Shown piece after piece: positions 40,527 to 50,753 of a stretch of 64,000 nt of DNA (its first letter is position 1; every line of letters begins with the position of its first letter). Source of the stretch: Alkalispirochaeta sp. Lineage in GTDB: Bacteria; Spirochaetota; Spirochaetia; DSM-27196; Alkalispirochaetaceae. The translations under genes and the position numbers were made by a program. The notes below the pieces were generated by a model. It did not search any database. It saw only the letters and a list, made by a program, of their open reading frames with translations, and was not told the DNA's origin. The DNA lies in assembly GCA_965242725.1 (NCBI GenBank), contig CBDESZ010000025.1, forward strand, positions 160,001 to 224,000, in the 5' to 3' direction.

Positions 40527-41555
40527 ATGGGATCGGTCATGTCATCGACACGTCAGCGTAATGAACTGTCACCGTTGAGAATCGCCTGTGACTTCTGTGA
40601 GCATCGCTGCAGGCTGAAAGAGGGGCAAACGGGGTTGTGCGGTGTGCGCCGCCGAAAGGGAAACGTCATAGAGACGGTGAACTACGGGCACCACGTTTCT
40701 CTCGCAATAGACCCCATTGAGAAAAAGCCTCTCTATCACGTCCTGCCCGGTGCCAGAACGCTCTCCAGTGCGTTGTACGGCTGCAATTTCACCTGCACGT
40801 TCTGCCAGAATTGTTCCATTTCACAGCCCGAGCTGTTCCGGTCGCTGGAGACTCGCTACATCTCGCCGGAGGATCTGGCGGCGGAGCGGCGTGCCGGAGC
40901 GTATCCCGTCGTCGCCTTTACCTACAGCGAGCCAACGGTATGGCAGGACTACATGGTGGACGCTGCACGGATCGTGAAACGGGACGGCGGGTACAACGTG
41001 ATGGTGACAAACGGTTTTTTTACGGAAGAGTCGCTCTCCCGCATGGCCGGCGTCATTGATGCGTTCAATATCGATCTCAAAGGAAACGAGGACTTCTATC
41101 ACCGGCTCTGCGGAGGGCATCTGGAACCTATTGTACGCAATATTCGTGACATCGCCTCCATGAAGCGGAACGACCGCGGCGCACCGATCCTTGAAGTGAC
41201 CACGATGATCCTCGAGGGGGATCACACGATGGAGAACGTCGTTGAATTGGGGAGGACCCTTGAAGACGCGGGTGTCCAGGTCTGGCACCTCAGTGCGTTT
41301 TATCCGGCCTACAAAATGCGCGATCGTGCACCCACGCGTCCCGAGTTTCTCGATGCCGCGTACAGTCGGGTCCGGGAAGAGATCTCCATTCCCCATATCT
41401 ATGCGTACAGCCGTGCTCATACCCACTATCAGCAGACCTTCTGTCACCGGTGCGGGACGCTGTGTATCGACCGGCAGGGGTTTCAGTTGCACGCAAACCA
41501 TTTGGTGGACGGGCGCTGTCCCTCCTGCGGCGCCGAGATGTATGGACTTTTTTAA
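40527..41555 (+). CDS. amrS: AmmeMemoRadiSam system radical SAM enzyme
   Basis: 'CDFCEHRC...G.CGVR', 'DPIEKKPLYH', 'GCNFTCTFCQN', 'FTYSEP', C-terminal Zn ribbon. Confidence 0.93.
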   Translation: MGSVMSSTRQRNELSPLRIACDFCEHRCRLKEGQTGLCGVRRRKGNVIETVNYGHHVSLAIDPIEKKPLYHVLPGARTLSSALYGCNFTCTFCQNCSISQPELFRSLETRYISPEDLAAERRAGAYPVVAFTYSEPTVWQDYMVDAARIVKRDGGYNVMVTNGFFTEESLSRMAGVIDAFNIDLKGNEDFYHRLCGGHLEPIVRNIRDIASMKRNDRGAPILEVTTMILEGDHTMENVVELGRTLEDAGVQVWHLSAFYPAYKMRDRAPTRPEFLDAAYSRVREEISIPHIYAYSRAHTHYQQTFCHRCGTLCIDRQGFQLHANHLVDGRCPSCGAEMYGLF

Positions 41556-41648
41556 AGTCGAAGAAGGCGAGGAGTAATTTTCCATTGTTCTATACCCGTT
41601 CATACTGTATAGTGGCGGCAATACAAAAATCCGTCGGGAAAGAAATAT

Positions 41649-43406
41649 ATGAAAATATCCGTCCGTTTGCGGCTCGCCCTCTTCGGGCTTGCGGCGATAA
41701 TAATAGTTGCACTCCTCAGCGTTTTTATATCTCTCTATTTTTATCGATTACAGATCGAAGAGCTTTATGAACGGGACTTTCTCGGCCGTATCTATGAAAT
41801 AGAATTGGACTACGCCGACGTGGACGCCACAAGCAGCGCCTCCAGTGCGGTTGAACAACTGCAGGAAGAGTTGCTCGTAAATCTGCAACGTCGGTTTGAG
41901 GGTCAGGAAGGGGCTCGTCCCTATATCATGAACGGCGACGGCGACCTGATTCTCTGGCCCGACGATCTCGGCCTCGACCGGAGTATCGCCCCGACGCTCC
42001 GCGGAATCGTTGATGAAGACGGAACGATCATGGATACCCTACCGACAAATCGGGGGCCCATGTGGTTCATCGGCCGTTACTACGATCCCTGGGACTGGTA
42101 TACGGGATATGTCGTGCCGGAGTCGGAACGGTTTGCCCTGTTCCGGCAGTTTGTCTATGTCCTGGTGGGAGCGACGATCCTCGCCGCCCTTGCCACGTTT
42201 GCCGGGTATTTCGCCGTTCTGGGAGTCATTCTCCGCCCGTTACGCCTGGTCTGCAACGCCCTTCAGCGGTACAGCGACGGCGATCTGCGGATTCGCATTG
42301 CGGTCCACCGGAAAGACGAGGTCGGTGAAATAGGCGAGGGAATTAACGTCTTTGCCGACAGGTTGTCCGAAATCATCGGACGCATTAAAAACAGCTCCAA
42401 CGTGAATATATCAATTGAAAAAAGATTGAATTCTTCAAGCCGCGATGCCGTGGAGGTCACCAAGACGATTACCGCCGCAACCGAAGATATCGCCGTCCAG
42501 ATTGATCGTCTCAACGATCTCGCCGGCCAGTCCGACGGATCGGTGGAACGGATCGGGACGGAAATAACCCGTCTCACTCAGCGCATCGAGGATCAGCTGG
42601 CGGCGGTCACCGAGTCTACGGCAAGCATCGAAGAGATGAGCAGTTCCCTTCGCAGCGTTGCGACCATTACCGCCAACCGAAAGGCGACGAGTGAACAGCT
42701 GCTGGTTGCCGCCAGGGAAGGGAGTGACCACCTGACCCATATGACGTCAATGGTGCGAACCCTTCTCGAAAAGGTCGATGAAATTTCAGACTTTGTCACT
42801 ATCATCAAAACGGTTGCCAATCAGACGGACCTGCTCGCGATGAACGCGGCGATCGAGGCCGCCCATGCAGGTGAAGCGGGGCGAGGTTTCGCCGTTGTCG
42901 CCGAGGAAATACGAAAGCTGGCTGAAGAAGCGTCGGCCCACTCCGCGTCCACCTCCACCCGGATAAAGGAGATCGTGGACGCCGTCGAGGAGGCAGCAAC
43001 CTCCAGTCAGAATACAGAGCAGACCTTCAGGGATATCGAGACCGAGATATCTGCCGTTGTCGATTCCCTCGGGGAGATCGCCTCCAGTGCCGCAGAGCTC
43101 TCGACGGGAAGCACTGAAATCACCAAAGCGATGGAGATTCTCCGGGACGTTTCTGGCGACGTCCAGGAAGGAGCCGCCACGGTCATGGAGGAATCCCGGA
43201 ACGTCGGCACCGCTGTCGGTGAACTGCGCAACCGATCGGCGGACGTACTGCGGGTATCCGGTGACATAGCCCGGCAGGCGCGGACCGCAAGCGAAACGAT
43301 CACGTCCGTGGCGACAATCGCCGATGAGCTTGGTGAATCGACCCGGGATCTGGATAGGCAGATTGCCGTCTTTACAACCGAGGACGGGGACGTTTCCGAG
43401 GACTGA
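41649..43406 (+). CDS. Methyl-accepting chemotaxis protein (2 TM, HAMP)
   Basis: '[34 protein letters not shown]'; HAMP 'GDL...KDEVG'. Confidence 0.95.
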   Translation: MKISVRLRLALFGLAAIIIVALLSVFISLYFYRLQIEELYERDFLGRIYEIELDYADVDATSSASSAVEQLQEELLVNLQRRFEGQEGARPYIMNGDGDLILWPDDLGLDRSIAPTLRGIVDEDGTIMDTLPTNRGPMWFIGRYYDPWDWYTGYVVPESERFALFRQFVYVLVGATILAALATFAGYFAVLGVILRPLRLVCNALQRYSDGDLRIRIAVHRKDEVGEIGEGINVFADRLSEIIGRIKNSSNVNISIEKRLNSSSRDAVEVTKTITAATEDIAVQIDRLNDLAGQSDGSVERIGTEITRLTQRIEDQLAAVTESTASIEEMSSSLRSVATITANRKATSEQLLVAAREGSDHLTHMTSMVRTLLEKVDEISDFVTIIKTVANQTDLLAMNAAIEAAHAGEAGRGFAVVAEEIRKLAEEASAHSASTSTRIKEIVDAVEEAATSSQNTEQTFRDIETEISAVVDSLGEIASSAAELSTGSTEITKAMEILRDVSGDVQEGAATVMEESRNVGTAVGELRNRSADVLRVSGDIARQARTASETITSVATIADELGESTRDLDRQIAVFTTEDGDVSED

Positions 43407-43440
43407 CGGAGCGCAACAGGAGATTATATATACAGCCCCG

Positions 43441-44193
43441 TTACCGCCCGTCGCCGCCGTGGCGTCCCAGTATCAGCGACGAGTTTTTCACCGAACTGCG
43501 CAGCCATCGGTTGAGGATCTGTACACGTTCCTCTTCGGTAAGATGCCAGGGGAGATCCGATGACCGCAGACGATCGCCCAATCGGTTCAGGCAGACAGCG
43601 GCGGAGACGGAGATGTTGAGACTTTCCACAAAACCATACATCGGGATACGAAGGTATTCGTCCGCCTCAGACAGAACTGCATCGGACAATCCCTCCTTTT
43701 CCGCACCGAAGAATACGGCGATTGGTCCGTCCGTAAGGGAGAGGGTCTCCGGAGTGACGTCATCACGGTGGGGCGTCGTCGCCACGATGCGATAACCCCG
43801 TCGCCTGAGAGCGGTTATCGCTTCGGTCGTCCCTCCCAGAGGGGCGGTACCGTCGTAACCGGGGATGCTCGTTCCGTGAAACGTTTCTTCCCGGTACCGG
43901 TACAGACTCAGCCACTGTGCGGTCCCGAGTTCCACGCCGGGGTTTACGTGGTACTTGTTCCGATTTTCGATGATGTGAACATCCTGCACACCAAAGGCGT
44001 CACACGACCTGAGTACGGCGCTGCCGTTGTGGGGCTGAAAGACGTCTTCCACCGCGACGGCGATGTAACGGCTGCGATTGTCCAGAACTTCTTCCATACG
44101 GGCCAGCCGCCGTTCGGAGACAAACGGGCTGAGTATTTCCACCTCACGAAGGATCTGATCGCCTGATTTTTCGGTCGAATAGGGGTCTTTCAT
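43441..44193 (-). CDS. TrmH/SpoU family tRNA/rRNA 2'-O-methyltransferase
   Basis: 'PHNGSAVLRSCDAFG', 'FGAEKEG', 'IPMYGFVESLNISV'. Confidence 0.92.
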   Translation of the reverse strand: MKDPYSTEKSGDQILREVEILSPFVSERRLARMEEVLDNRSRYIAVAVEDVFQPHNGSAVLRSCDAFGVQDVHIIENRNKYHVNPGVELGTAQWLSLYRYREETFHGTSIPGYDGTAPLGGTTEAITALRRRGYRIVATTPHRDDVTPETLSLTDGPIAVFFGAEKEGLSDAVLSEADEYLRIPMYGFVESLNISVSAAVCLNRLGDRLRSSDLPWHLTEEERVQILNRWLRSSVKNSSLILGRHGGDGR

Positions 44194-44318
44194 GGTGCAG
44201 GAAGGGTAAACTGCGGGGGCGACGGAAACAAGAGGCTCTGGACCGGAATGCAGCCGGTTGGAGCGCGGTGGACAAGAAAATCGAGAGACGATACAAGGAA
44301 ACCCAGAAAGGAGCGGTG

Positions 44319-45725
44319 GTGAAAAAACAGATTGACGGCGTATCCATCGAGCAGGTGGACTCCCGGGGCAGAGGTCGGGGTCGCATAGTCGCGGGTGACG
44401 GAACGGAACGCCCCCTCTATGTCATGGGCGCGTATCCCGGAGAGATCGTAGACGTCCATATACGCGGAAGAAAACGAGGCGCCTACCTCGGAGAAGTGAC
44501 CGCGCGTCGGCCCGGGGAGGGCCCTGCGCGACGTCCCGCTTTCTGCCGCCACTTTGCCGACTGCGGGGGGTGCACCATTCAGGACCTTCCCTATGACGAG
44601 CAGCTGGCATACATGGACGCGATCGTCGCCGCCGCATTTGCCGAATATCCCGACGTTCCCCTTCCCGAACGGGCTCCCGTCATGGGGGCACCTTCGGAAC
44701 GCTTTTATAGGAACAAGCTTGAGTATTCATTCGGAGCGCAACGATGGCTCACGGCGGAGGAGATCCAAAATGACGCGACCGTATCAGATCGAAGGGGTCT
44801 CGGCTTTCACGCCCCGGGTCGATTTGACCGGGTGATCGACGTAACCGAGTGTTATCTCCAGCCGGAACCGTCGGAGCAGATCCGTGATTTCTTTCGGGAG
44901 CTGGCGCAGGCTCATGACCTCACCTTCTATGACGCCAGGGAACACACGGGATTGCTGCGCCTCCTTACGATCAGAACATCTCTGGCGGGAGAGTCGATGG
45001 TCATCGTCATGTTCGGTGAGGATGACCCGTCCGGTGTGGACCTGGTAATGGCGGAAACGCACAAACGCTTTCCCGGGCTCGCCTCCCTCAATTACGTGAT
45101 CAATACGACCAGGAACGACAGCCTCGCAAATCATACAGTCCGTCATTACGCCGGAAGTGAATGGATAACCGAAATATGCGGACCCAACCGCCTGCGCATT
45201 CGTCCCAAGGCGTTTTATCAGACCAACCCGGAACAGGCGGTGCGTCTCTATGAACGCGCGCTGTCGTTGGCGCACCTGCAGGGAGACGAGACGGTCTTTG
45301 ATCTCTATTGCGGTATTGGAAGCATATCGCTTTTCATTGCACCCCACGTTGCGTCCGTCGTAGGAATCGAAGTCGTCGACGATGCAGTCACCGCCGCCCG
45401 GGAAAACGCGCTGCTCAACGATATCGACAATGCCGTCTTTGTTTCCGGTCTGGTGGAGCAGACGCTGCCGGCGGTTATTGCGGAGCACGGTGCACCTGAT
45501 GTGGTTGTCCTTGATCCCCCGCGGGCGGGCCTCCACCCCGATGCACGGGCGACGATCAACGGCCTGCTGCCCCCGAAAATCGTCTACATCAGTTGCAACC
45601 CCCGCACCCAGGCGGAGGATATCGCCGTATTCTCCGAGTATTACGACGTAACGGCCATGCAGCCTGTCGATATGTTTCCTCAGACGAGGCATGTGGAGAA
45701 TATCGCCGTCCTGACCCGCCGGTAG
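44319..45725 (+). CDS. rlmD: 23S rRNA (uracil-5)-methyltransferase RlmD
   Basis: TRAM domain; 'C.HF..CGGC', 'YRNKLE', 'FYQTN', 'DPPRAG', 'DMFPQT.HVE'; RBS AGGAG at 44309-44313. Confidence 0.93.
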   Translation: MKKQIDGVSIEQVDSRGRGRGRIVAGDGTERPLYVMGAYPGEIVDVHIRGRKRGAYLGEVTARRPGEGPARRPAFCRHFADCGGCTIQDLPYDEQLAYMDAIVAAAFAEYPDVPLPERAPVMGAPSERFYRNKLEYSFGAQRWLTAEEIQNDATVSDRRGLGFHAPGRFDRVIDVTECYLQPEPSEQIRDFFRELAQAHDLTFYDAREHTGLLRLLTIRTSLAGESMVIVMFGEDDPSGVDLVMAETHKRFPGLASLNYVINTTRNDSLANHTVRHYAGSEWITEICGPNRLRIRPKAFYQTNPEQAVRLYERALSLAHLQGDETVFDLYCGIGSISLFIAPHVASVVGIEVVDDAVTAARENALLNDIDNAVFVSGLVEQTLPAVIAEHGAPDVVVLDPPRAGLHPDARATINGLLPPKIVYISCNPRTQAEDIAVFSEYYDVTAMQPVDMFPQTRHVENIAVLTRR

Positions 45726-45741
45726 CACGCTCGTTGTATCG

Positions 45742-45770
45742 TTGACAGGGGTGGTGTCCCTCCGTACTCT
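45742..45770 (+). promoter_or_regulatory. Sigma70 promoter for a probable leaderless transcript
   Basis: TTGACA-17-TACTCT-6-ATG(45777). Confidence 0.75.
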
Positions 45771-45776
45771 TGATCC

Positions 45777-46223
45777 ATGGATCTGAAGAAAACACTTACT
45801 CCCGCGGTGCTCTTTCCCGCAATTGAGGCGTCCTCCCGGGATGATGCGATAGCGACGATGGTGAACCTTCTGGCTGCCGCACGCGGCGCCGAGCCGGTCG
45901 CCCCCCTTCTCGACGTGATCATGGAGCGGGAACGGAAGGACAGCACCGGACTGGAGCACGGCATCGCAGTTCCCCACGGGAAGACCGACGCGGTCGGCGA
46001 GCTCATCGCCGGTATCGGCCGCCTGGTCGAGCCGGTGGAGTGGGGAACCCGCGACGGATCGCCGGTACGAATTCTGATCATGACCATATCGCCCCTGGCG
46101 AGAACGGGGCCGCATCTGCAGTTCATTGGTGAGGTGGTGCGCCTCCTCAAGGATGAGTCGCACCGGGATGCCCTCATCGCCGCGCCGGACGCGGCGGCAA
46201 TGTACAAGGTGATGATCAAGTGA
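45777..46223 (+). CDS. PTS EIIA (Ntr/Fru-type) domain protein
   Basis: 'ERE...STGLEHGIAVPHGK'. Confidence 0.9.
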   Translation: MDLKKTLTPAVLFPAIEASSRDDAIATMVNLLAAARGAEPVAPLLDVIMERERKDSTGLEHGIAVPHGKTDAVGELIAGIGRLVEPVEWGTRDGSPVRILIMTISPLARTGPHLQFIGEVVRLLKDESHRDALIAAPDAAAMYKVMIK

Positions 46224-47830
46224 CCCACCATGTGACGGTGCTGATCCTTCAACTCGCCGTCCTGATCACCGCCGCGATGGTGATGGGCCACCTCTTTGAA
46301 AAATTCCTTCGGCTCCCTCGTGTCCTGGGTGAGCTGGCGGCGGGCATGGCGGTCGGTCCCTTTGCGCTAGGACGGATATACTTTCCCGCCCTCGACCAGG
46401 TTCTTTTTCCTCTCGAGACGGGGAATACCCTCCCGGTGAGTGTGGAACTTTACGGCGTGGCAGTACTGGCGTCGGTAATCCTTCTGTTCCTCTCAGGGTT
46501 GGAGACCGATCTGCCCACATTCCTGAAGTTTTCCGGCGTGGGAAGCGTCGTCGGTCTCGGCGGTGTGGCGGCGTCATTCGCGCTGGGTAATCTCGCCGCG
46601 GTGATCTTCCTTCCCGAAGTATCGGGATTTTTCGATCCGGAGGCGCTCTTTCTCGGAACGTTGTCGACGGCGACATCGGTGGGAATCACCGCGCGGATTC
46701 TCTCGGAGCGGCGCAAAATGTCCAGCCCGGAAGGGGTGACGATCCTTGCCGCCGCCGTCCTGGACGATGTGATCGGAATTGTGCTGCTGGCGGTGGTCGT
46801 CGCCCTCTCGCGGGTGCACACAGGCGCCGTCGACTGGGGACAGGTGGGCCGCGTCGCGGCGAAAGCCTTCGGATTCTGGATCGGAAGCACAATCATCGGC
46901 ATTATCGCCGCGCCGCGTCTCGTGAGGGGACTGAAGAGATTCGGCTCTCTTGAAGAGATCGCCGGTATCAGTCTCGGACTGGCGCTGCTTCTCGCCGGCC
47001 TCGCGGAGACCGTCGGACTGGCGATGATTATCGGGGCCTACGTCATGGGTCTTTCTCTGAGCAGGACCGATGTGGCCGACCAGGTACGGGAGCGTCTTCA
47101 CGGACTGTACGCCTACCTGGTTCCCGTCTTTTTTGCCGTCATGGGAGTGATGGTCGATTTTCGCTCTCTCGCTCCGGTGGTGGTGTTTGGACTCATATTC
47201 ACCGCAATGGGGATCGTCGGCAAACTTGTGGGCTGCGGAATCCCCGCGCTGGCGATGGGCTTCAACCTTCGCGGCGCGCTGCGCATCGGATCGGGAATGC
47301 TTCCCCGGGGAGAGGTGACCCTCATCGTCGCGGGCATCGGACTGTCCGCCGGGGCGATCGGTCCCGATCTCTTCGGTGTGTCGGTGATGACCCTCCTGGT
47401 CAGCAGCCTCCTCGCCCCGCCGCTGTTAATCGGCAGCTTTCGCGGCGGGTCGGGATACCGCAAGCGTGAACGGGGTGGCGCCGACGAGGGAATGCGGCAG
47501 GTAACGCTGGACCTCCCGTCGACTTACGCCGCCGACTTTGTCCGTTCCCGGATCGTCGACGCCTTCAGAAACGAGGGCTTCTTCGTCTCCCGGGTGGATA
47601 TAAACTCCCGGATCTACCGTATACGGCAGAATGAAATCAATATCACCATGGTCCAGAACGAGGGATCCATCACCCTCTCCACACCGGGGGAAAATGAACA
47701 GCTCGTGCGGCTCATTCTCCTGGAAGAGCTGGTTGAGCTCAAGGCGCTTATCGGATCGCTGGAGGCGATGGGGAAGGCCCCCGACGTCCTGGGCAACGAC
47801 CTCATCGGGGGGCTCTTTGGCAACCGCTGA
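46220..47830 (+). CDS. Cation:proton antiporter (CPA2) with a soluble C-terminal domain
   Basis: 'LLFLSGLETD', 'ATSVGITARIL', 'AAVLDDVIG', 'MLPRGEV'. Confidence 0.92.
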   Translation: MTHHVTVLILQLAVLITAAMVMGHLFEKFLRLPRVLGELAAGMAVGPFALGRIYFPALDQVLFPLETGNTLPVSVELYGVAVLASVILLFLSGLETDLPTFLKFSGVGSVVGLGGVAASFALGNLAAVIFLPEVSGFFDPEALFLGTLSTATSVGITARILSERRKMSSPEGVTILAAAVLDDVIGIVLLAVVVALSRVHTGAVDWGQVGRVAAKAFGFWIGSTIIGIIAAPRLVRGLKRFGSLEEIAGISLGLALLLAGLAETVGLAMIIGAYVMGLSLSRTDVADQVRERLHGLYAYLVPVFFAVMGVMVDFRSLAPVVVFGLIFTAMGIVGKLVGCGIPALAMGFNLRGALRIGSGMLPRGEVTLIVAGIGLSAGAIGPDLFGVSVMTLLVSSLLAPPLLIGSFRGGSGYRKRERGGADEGMRQVTLDLPSTYAADFVRSRIVDAFRNEGFFVSRVDINSRIYRIRQNEINITMVQNEGSITLSTPGENEQLVRLILLEELVELKALIGSLEAMGKAPDVLGNDLIGGLFGNR

Positions 47831-49010
47831 CAAGGGTACCGGCGTTTACGCCGGGACCGACAAAGGGTCCGGCAGCGCCGGAACCAATAAAGGTACCGGC
47901 GTGTACGCCGGGACCAACAAAGGGTCCGGCAGCGCCGGAACCAACAAAGGGTCCGGCGCCGGCGCCGACCCCCGCGCCGGCACCAATATAGAGTCCGGCG
48001 GCAGCGCCGGCACCAATACAGGCGCCACCGCGGGCTCCCTGCATCGGCCGCACGGATCCGGGGAACACGCGCCTGAAGGGGCCGACTCCACCTTCATCGG
48101 CCGTATGCGGGCGCGACGCGGCCCCGTCGGGATCGCCCTCGGCGGCGGCGGAGCCCGGGGAATCGCGCATGTAGGGGTCCTTGAGGCGCTGGAGCACAAT
48201 TCCCGCCTCAGACCGACAATCTATGCCGGCACCTCCGCGGGAAGCGTCATCGCCGTCCTGGCGGCGGCGGGCCTTTCAGTGGCGGAAATAAGGGAGTTCT
48301 CCGCGGAACTGGAGTGGTTCAAGCACGTCATACCGGTCAAGGAGGTGATGGACCTTCGCAATCTCAACAAGGCGGGCCTCTTTCCCAATACCCGTCTTGC
48401 GGAGGTGGTGAATGAACGCATCGGCGGGCGAAGCTTCGATGAGCTTGAGTACGACGTGGCGGTGACGGCGACGGATATCGAAAACCGCCGGCGCATCATC
48501 ATGACCTCCCATCGCGTGGCGGAAAAGATGGATCGCCGCGTCCTGGAGCGATTTCTTCCTCCTCCCCGGGGCAATCTTCCCGGCGCGGAGACGCTCATTC
48601 TCTCCGATGTGGAGGATGTCGGTCTCGCCGTACGGGCAAGCTGCGCGGTGCCCGGATTTTTTCGTCCCGTGCGCATACACAACATGCAGCTCGTGGACGG
48701 CGGGCTCGTCGACCAGACGCCGGTGGATGTCGCAAAGGCGATGGGGGCGCGTTTTACCATTGGAGTGAGCCTCGCCCTCTCCTTCATGCCCCAGAAACTT
48801 GTCAACGCGAAGCACGCATTCAGCGGTACCGTGGGCATGCTTGGCATACAGCAGCTGCGGAAAAGTCTGGAGCTCGCCGATATCGGCTTTCAGGTATCGG
48901 GGATCGATTCCCGCAGTCCCGTCAGACCGCATCAGACCGATCTCATCGATGTCGGGCGAAGTGACATGGAGCGCAATATCAACGCCTATTTCAACGTCTC
49001 CGGTCGGTGA
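47817..49010 (+). CDS. Patatin-like phospholipase (start uncertain: TTG 47817 or ATG 48105)
   Basis: 'LGGGGARGIAH', 'GTSAG', 'ASCAVPG.F', 'DGG'. Confidence 0.88.
   Translation: MATADKGTGVYAGTDKGSGSAGTNKGTGVYAGTNKGSGSAGTNKGSGAGADPRAGTNIESGGSAGTNTGATAGSLHRPHGSGEHAPEGADSTFIGRMRARRGPVGIALGGGGARGIAHVGVLEALEHNSRLRPTIYAGTSAGSVIAVLAAAGLSVAEIREFSAELEWFKHVIPVKEVMDLRNLNKAGLFPNTRLAEVVNERIGGRSFDELEYDVAVTATDIENRRRIIMTSHRVAEKMDRRVLERFLPPPRGNLPGAETLILSDVEDVGLAVRASCAVPGFFRPVRIHNMQLVDGGLVDQTPVDVAKAMGARFTIGVSLALSFMPQKLVNAKHAFSGTVGMLGIQQLRKSLELADIGFQVSGIDSRSPVRPHQTDLIDVGRSDMERNINAYFNVSGR
47829..48036 (+). repeat. Tandem 30/27-bp repeat (57-bp period) with degenerate copies
   Basis: Reads DKGTGVYAGT-DKGSGSAGT-NKGTGVYAGT-NKGSGSAGT-NKGSGAGA... 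in the patatin frame. Confidence 0.85.
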
Positions 49011-49051
49011 CGGAGGGTGACGGAACGGGCGACTATCACTATCTTGAAGGT

Positions 49052-49579
49052 ATGAAAAACGAGACGATTATCCTCGGGGGAGGATGTTTCTGGTGCGTCG
49101 AGGCGGTTTACCGCCGACTTGAAGGCGTTGTGGACGTCGAGTCGGGATACGCCGGCGGCACCGTCGCAAACCCCACCTACCAGCAGGTCTGTACCGGATC
49201 AACGGGACACGCGGAAGTAGTGAAAATTACCTTTGACACCGACGTCATCTCACTTTCGGAGATTATCGATTTTTTCTGGAAGGCCCACGACCCGACAACT
49301 CTCAACCGCCAGGGGGCGGATGTGGGGACGCAGTACCGTTCGGTCATTTACTACACCGATGAAAAACAGCGGGAGGTCGCGGAAGCGAGCCGAAAGCGGG
49401 CCCAGGCCGATTTTTCCGCTCCCATCGTCACGGAAATAGAACGGGCCGGCGAGTTTTATCCCGCCGAGGGGTACCATCAGGACTATTACGAAGAGAACTC
49501 CCGGGCGGGGTATTGTCGCATGGTGATAGAGCCGAAACTGCGAAAGCTGGGGTTTGACGGTGCAACCATCACAACGTGA
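49052..49579 (+). CDS. msrA: Peptide methionine sulfoxide reductase MsrA
   Basis: 'GGCFWCVE', 'GHAEVV', 'HDPT..NRQG.D.GTQYRS', 'AEGYHQDY'. Confidence 0.96.
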   Translation: MKNETIILGGGCFWCVEAVYRRLEGVVDVESGYAGGTVANPTYQQVCTGSTGHAEVVKITFDTDVISLSEIIDFFWKAHDPTTLNRQGADVGTQYRSVIYYTDEKQREVAEASRKRAQADFSAPIVTEIERAGEFYPAEGYHQDYYEENSRAGYCRMVIEPKLRKLGFDGATITT

Positions 49580-50753
49580 CGCCGACGCGGCGCAGACGGG
49601 ATACAACCTCTTCTTTCAGAACAGCCTCACCCCGGAGGAGCTGAAGCGGCGCCGCGTCCCCCGTCCCGCCGACGATACGGACCTTCGGGGGCACTATTTC
49701 AGGGACACCACGGCGATCGTCCATTCCTATCCCTTCCGGCGGATGAAACACAAGACGCAGGTCTTCTTTGCGCCCCGGAACGACCACATCTGCACCCGCA
49801 TTGAACACGTCATGCATGTGGCGACGATCGCCGCGACGATCTGCCGTGCCCTCAACCTCGATTCAGACCTCGCCTGGGCGATCGGCATGGGTCACGATCT
49901 GGGGCACACCCCCTTCGGTCATCTGGGAGAGAAGATCCTCTCCCGGCTCAAGGGAATCGACGGATTTCGACACGAGATTTACAGCCTCCGCGTCGTTGAT
50001 CACCTTACCAACCACGGCAGGGGGCTCAACCTCACCTACGCCGTTCGGGACGGCATCATCAACCACTGCGGCGAAAAGTTCGAGCAATATCTGGAACCGG
50101 ACCATGAGGTGAAAAACCTGTCTGCCATCACGCGGCGCGACCATATGCCGAGTACCTGGGAAGGGGTGGCGGTACGCATGTCCGACAAGATCGCCTATTT
50201 GGGGCGCGATCTGGAGGACGCGATGCAGCTGGGACTCGTCTCCCGGGAGGAAATTCCCGCCAAAGGACGGCAGGTCCTCGGCGAGAGCAACTCCCGCATC
50301 ATCGACACCCTCGTCAACGACGTCATCCGTCAGTCCCTCTCCACCGGGCGTATCGGTTTTTCCGACGACGTCTACGAGGCGTTCATGGAGGTAAAGGACT
50401 TCAACTACCGGCGTATATATAACAGTCCCGTCCTCGCCGGCTACCACGAGTACTTCGAACGGATCCTGGAAACGCTCTACCACTATCTCCACGACCTTTT
50501 TGAACGCCACGGAACGGACCAGAAGGCGTATGACGCGGAACGGAACACCCTGGCGGCGCGATTCGGCGACTACGTCTGCAAGATGCAGGAGTTCTACGAG
50601 GGAGAATCGGGCGAGCCGTCGCAGATCGTCTTCGACTACATCGCGGGGATGACCGACGACTTCGCCATCGACAGCATTCAGGAGATCATGGTGCCGAGCC
50701 AGTTTACCGTGCAGTTCCACAAGCTGGAGCTGGGAATGGAGGCGGGATCATAA
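49554..50753 (+). CDS. HD-domain dGTP triphosphohydrolase-like protein
   Basis: 'FRRMKHKTQVF', 'TRIEH', 'HDLGHTPFGH.GE', 'DYIAGMTD'. Confidence 0.92.
   Translation: MTVQPSQRDADAAQTGYNLFFQNSLTPEELKRRRVPRPADDTDLRGHYFRDTTAIVHSYPFRRMKHKTQVFFAPRNDHICTRIEHVMHVATIAATICRALNLDSDLAWAIGMGHDLGHTPFGHLGEKILSRLKGIDGFRHEIYSLRVVDHLTNHGRGLNLTYAVRDGIINHCGEKFEQYLEPDHEVKNLSAITRRDHMPSTWEGVAVRMSDKIAYLGRDLEDAMQLGLVSREEIPAKGRQVLGESNSRIIDTLVNDVIRQSLSTGRIGFSDDVYEAFMEVKDFNYRRIYNSPVLAGYHEYFERILETLYHYLHDLFERHGTDQKAYDAERNTLAARFGDYVCKMQEFYEGESGEPSQIVFDYIAGMTDDFAIDSIQEIMVPSQFTVQFHKLELGMEAGS

Noticed and set aside
44784..46163. 459-aa minus-strand ORF
   Set aside because: Antisense to rlmD and the PTS EIIA gene; no recognisable domain
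47631..47816. Track start of the patatin ORF at 47631
   Set aside because: Overlaps the antiporter C-terminus by 200 bp and reads as off-frame sequence
47829..48036. Tandem repeat as a CRISPR array
   Set aside because: Units are contiguous with no unique spacers, have lengths in multiples of three, and there are no cas genes
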